Assembly (NCBI GenBank): GCA_000002445.1
Contig: AL929603.2
Span: 576,001-640,000, forward strand
Origin: Trypanosoma brucei
Lineage: Eukaryota
Length of the DNA stretch: 64,000 nucleotides
Direction of reading: 5' to 3'
Part shown: positions 60,542 to 64,000 of the stretch, one piece after another
How the letters are laid out: each line of letters begins with the position of its first letter
How positions within the stretch are numbered: the stretch's first letter is position 1
The notes under the pieces: model-generated
Database searches by the model: none
Seen by the model: only the letters and a program-made list of their open reading frames with translations
Told to the model about the DNA's origin: nothing
Program-made: the position numbers and the translations under genes

Positions 60542-61374
60542 CACGGATACACCATTCCATGACGACGGCGGACACGTGACCTCCGTACAACAGGAAAGTG
60601 AATGGTCGGGAACTCGGTCGCTTAAAGTGGAACGACCAAGATGCCGGTGGGGGATGCAGTTAGTTTAAGGGAAAAAAATCTGTTACCGCGTAGGCTCTTC
60701 AGCAGTTAGCTCCGACTGCCCCACAGTTGCCACGCACGCCTGATTGCGGTGCCAGTGTGAACTGGGTTGTCTTTCCGGTGCCAGTAAAGGCAGAGCAAAC
60801 AGCAGTGACTCGCACCCGCTACTGCAAGAGCAAAAACTGGCACGTTTAGGTGACGTTGCGTTGCATCATCTCAAAACATGTTTCCACCACTTGCGGGAAG
60901 GTCCAGCAACCTCAGTTACAAAATTTTGCCGCGCGGCGAACTGGCACGCACACGTACAGCAGGGGTTTTTGCATCTCACCGGTGGAATTTCTGCCCCTCC
61001 ATGAAAGGATAGACAAAAAAAAGGAGGATCTCTCAAATGTCATGGCGCGGAGTCTTATGAGGAAGCGAAAATTAGAGGAAAACGGTTTAGCGAGCCTCTC
61101 CACGGGGACACCGTGCGTATGTTACAAAACAAGCTTTGGCGCGTTTACACACCACCCGCTGTAAGATGGCTATGGAGTGCGGACTTGGGAAAGACGGACT
61201 CACAGAATCCGTAGGAATGGACTGAAGGGAGGGGGGCGATGGAACAGCCAGAAAACAAGTCACAAGCGTGTCAACTTTTACCTAGCGACCCACACTGATT
61301 TCCCTCATCTGCCTTTGAGGTCGGAGCCCGCGAAAGTGATGGATGGGAAACACATCCTTAAGCGAGTAAGGAAT

Positions 61375-61662
61375 AAAGAATGTCTCCTGCAGTTTCGGTG
61401 TGTATGGGCGTTTCGTGGCATAAGAGTCAGTTCGCGAATGCCTGTGCGGAAGCCCAACGAATACGACCCTACTACGCAGCTGCCTCAGCGCATGAACTGG
61501 TATCATGGCAACTGCCACGCGGTGGAAGAGGATTAAAGGCCTAAACAATTTGAGAGTGCTTTGTTAATATAAACAACGGGTAAAAATGTGATAACACTTG
61601 GCAGCATGCCATCAGCAGTATCATCCGCACTAATCTGCTGCTGGCCGGTGATGTGGAAGAGA
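61375..61662. repeat. left arm of an inverted repeat of about 290 bp
   Basis: It is the reverse complement of 63556-63845. The minus-strand ORF at 61282-61548 has the same translation as the + strand ORF at 63675-63857. Confidence 0.8.
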
Positions 61663-61989
61663 GGGGAAGGCAGGGGGTGTTGTCTCCAGTGAAGGAGAGG
61701 TCCATCACGTTGCTTACCCGATTTGCTTTCGGAAACGTGGCCGCATCTGTGCTTGCTTCCGTCTCGCTCCCTCAGTGGCGAGGGGTCCTTGTCTCTTCCC
61801 TAATGCTACCGCGATGTCTCGAGTTCTGTGCTCTTGCTTGTGGTGCGTTGTGGATTCGCCCCTCGATTTCGTTGTGTGATCACATTCCCGATTTTTGGGT
61901 GGAAGTTGTGTCCTTCTGTCTTTCCGAACTCCGGACGCTTCTCTTCCCTTCTTCAAATGCACTATTGCACTCATTGGGTACAGTTGCCG

Positions 61990-63420
61990 TGGAGTTACAT
62001 TCGGGTGCCGGACTCTTCGGTGGTTTGTTAATCCACCCTTGGACTTGGGTACAAAAGAACACAGGGCACACTGAAGAGTGTTCTCCGATTCTGTTGTTTG
62101 TTCACTTCCCTCTGGGTTTTCTGTTGTTCCGCGCGGTGGTGCTACACCCGAGTGTGCGGTCTCTCTGTGCCTTGTTTGCCAAGTCTTCGATTTGAAGGTC
62201 CTCTCGCAGATCAAGCAGGGATACATAATAGTATCCGCAGCGGTTTGCGGTGTTTCTGTGTTTGGCGGCGGTTCGGGAGGTGGGAGGGCCAAATTGGAAT
62301 CCTCCTCCATCTCCTCGCGGGAATTCGAGTCGCCGTTTGCCCTGCTCGTATGGCACTCCATGGGTTCGTTGCATGTGTATAGCGCCATTTTGCCGGTCCG
62401 AGCATCGCAGCCCACAAATTGGGCAAACTGTTGGATCGCTTGCACGTGTGGATGTTGGTCTCACACTCACGAGCTCCACTGTCTGGCTTTTTGCCACATT
62501 GCACCACCATTTCCATGTGTTGGGGATATTAGGGTTCAATTTCCTGTCCAACCCACCCGTACGTAGGTGATGCACCCGTGCGGAGTTGAGTGAGTAGGGT
62601 TTATTCCTTTCTGGACAGCGAGGTCTTGAGGTTTGTGTTCTTCCAGTGTCCAGTAAGTGTGGCCCTATGTGTTTGTGGCTTTTCCCTTGTAGTGCGCAGC
62701 AGCCTTTTCGCTGCTGCAACCACATCCGGTATCCATGCAGTTCGCATTTGTGGTTGCTCTGCTGTGTCAGCTTGCTCATTACCCGCTATTCCACAGTGAC
62801 CAAATATGAACTGAATACGAATCCGTCCTCCTTTACTTTGGAGTTGGATGAGTAGTGTCCATATTTAGCGCAGTACTGTGTCCGTAACTGTAAGCGGGCC
62901 CGTGTGCAGAGCTGCTACCATTGACCATGAGTCCGTAAATATCAATAATCGGAAGTTTTGTTTTTCTGCTTTATCGATCTCTTTGGACAGTTGTTTCAGG
63001 CCAATTATTAGGACTACACATTCAGCTCTATAGCTGCATGCAAGTCGTCCCGTTCCTTCGAGCACTTTGTGCAGGAGTTTGCCATTCTTGACGATGAGAG
63101 CTGCCGCTCCTGATTTTCCTCCAGTGTTACAGATCCGTCTGTCCACACTTCGTAGTGTGATAGAACGACAGGGTTATTGCCCTTTTCTTCTAATAACGGC
63201 GCTTTATCCATCTTTCGGATGTCTCACGTTTGAGTTCTTCCTCCGAGTCTCTCTTCACATTCGGGGGAATGGCGTAGTGAAACAGACATCTGTTCGCTGT
63301 ATCCAGAAATATGGACACCACTCTGTGGTGTATGCGGATTCTACCTGAAGTTGTGGGTATTCTTTCTTCACATTAAGTAGAAGTTGACGAACAGGACGAG
63401 TGGGGTTATACACCAGCGTT
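61990..63420 (-). mobile_element. internal ingi-type retroposon fragment (RNase H plus C2H2 zinc-finger region), both ends truncated; limits approximate
   Basis: The minus-strand ORFs at 62865-63146 (RNase H) and 61714-62445 (zinc fingers) are about 98% identical to ingi A at 13029-13310 and 13729-14085. Homology ends near the ingi A equivalents of about 14170 on the left and about 12800 on the right. Confidence 0.8.
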
Positions 63421-63555
63421 GAGCTCTCATTTAGGGCACCCCCACTGGATCCGCAGCATAATAGGTAGACTACTCCTCGGAGTGTTGCCTCTTCACGTAA
63501 TCTCTCCTTGAGTTTGCCCAGCGCAGTTCCACCGCGCCCCGCTCAACGACGGGCC

Positions 63556-63845
63556 AATATTCTCTTCCACATCACCGGCCAGCAGCAGATTAGTGCGGAT
63601 GATACTGCTGATGGCATGCTGCCAAGTGTTATCACATTTTTACCCGTTGTTTATATTAACAAAGCACTCTCAAATTGTTTAGGCCTTTAATCCTCTTCCA
63701 CCGCGTGGCAGTTGCCATGATACCAGTTCATGCGCTGAGGCAGCTGCGTAGTAGGGTCGTATTCGTTGGGCTTCCGCACAGGCATTCGCGAACTGACTCT
63801 TATGCCACGAAACGCCCATACACACCGAAACTGCAGGAGACATTC
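63556..63845. repeat. right arm of the inverted repeat of about 290 bp
   Basis: It is the reverse complement of 61375-61662. Confidence 0.8.
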
Positions 63846-64000
63846 TGTTGCTGCTAGCCCCACGGTGGATGATGGGCCATCTCACACTCCCACAACTGTG
63901 CCTTAATGTACAACACGGAAAGTACAGCAAGAAGACGCAGCGGCCACCAACTCTTTCGCAACGTTGCGTAACCACGTTGATATCCTCTCGGATCAGCAGA

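Noticed and set aside
60744-61536. The + strand ORFs at 60744-61004 and 61177-61536
   Set aside because: They are short, without recognisable motifs, and partly inside the inverted-repeat arm. That is not enough to call a gene. They might be remnants of an RHS-like pseudogene, but I cannot support that from the sequence.
61653-62195. A 180-aa + strand ORF (MEERGRQGVL…)
   Set aside because: It lies antisense to the ingi zinc-finger ORF and to the inverted-repeat arm. It resembles no known protein and is probably fortuitous.

Overview
This window reads as kinetoplastid nuclear DNA. The best match is Trypanosoma brucei chromosome 1, judged by gene order and by 5.2-kb ingi-type retroposons carrying the Pr77-like 5' hallmark. 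Almost every gene is on the + strand, as expected for one polycistronic unit. From left to right the window contains:

- **Tubulin array (1-9950).** This is the right-hand end of the alpha/beta-tubulin tandem array, with a 3642-bp unit. There are three alpha-tubulin copies (451 aa) and two intact beta-tubulin copies (442 aa). A third beta copy is truncated after codon 300.
- **Ingi A (9951-15168).** A full-length but degenerate ingi non-LTR retroposon inserted into that third beta copy. It is flanked by a 12-13-bp target-site duplication, AAAAACATGATGC.
- **Ingi B (15182-~16185).** A second, 5'-only ingi fragment at the same junction. Its 5' end is inverted and palindromic, and its ORF carries a 2A-like NPGP motif ahead of an AP-endonuclease domain.
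- **Histone H3 array (16186-27378).** Seven tandem H3 genes (133 aa each) with a period of about 1585 bp. A microsatellite in the spacer varies in length between units.
- **Single-copy genes (27.4-60 kb).** In order: coatomer beta, an RNase-PH-like exosome subunit, a Pumilio/PUF protein (probably PUF9), a Q/N/H-rich protein, PF16/SPAG6, two hypothetical proteins, a SET-domain protein, a class-3 lipase, an RFG-repeat protein, and a tandem ubiquitin-like protein.
- **Ingi fragment C (~61990-63420, minus strand).** It carries the RNase H and C2H2 zinc-finger regions and is nearly identical to ingi A. It is bracketed by inverted repeats of about 290 bp.

Intergenic DNA is AT- and pyrimidine-rich, with many microsatellites. 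A 4.5-kb gene-free stretch after the PUF gene contains a perfect 21-bp inverted repeat that would form a hairpin.

I see no convincing evidence of an undescribed system. The most unusual structures are the double retroposon insertion with its 5' inversion at the tubulin/H3 boundary and the inverted-repeat-flanked ingi fragment at the right edge.
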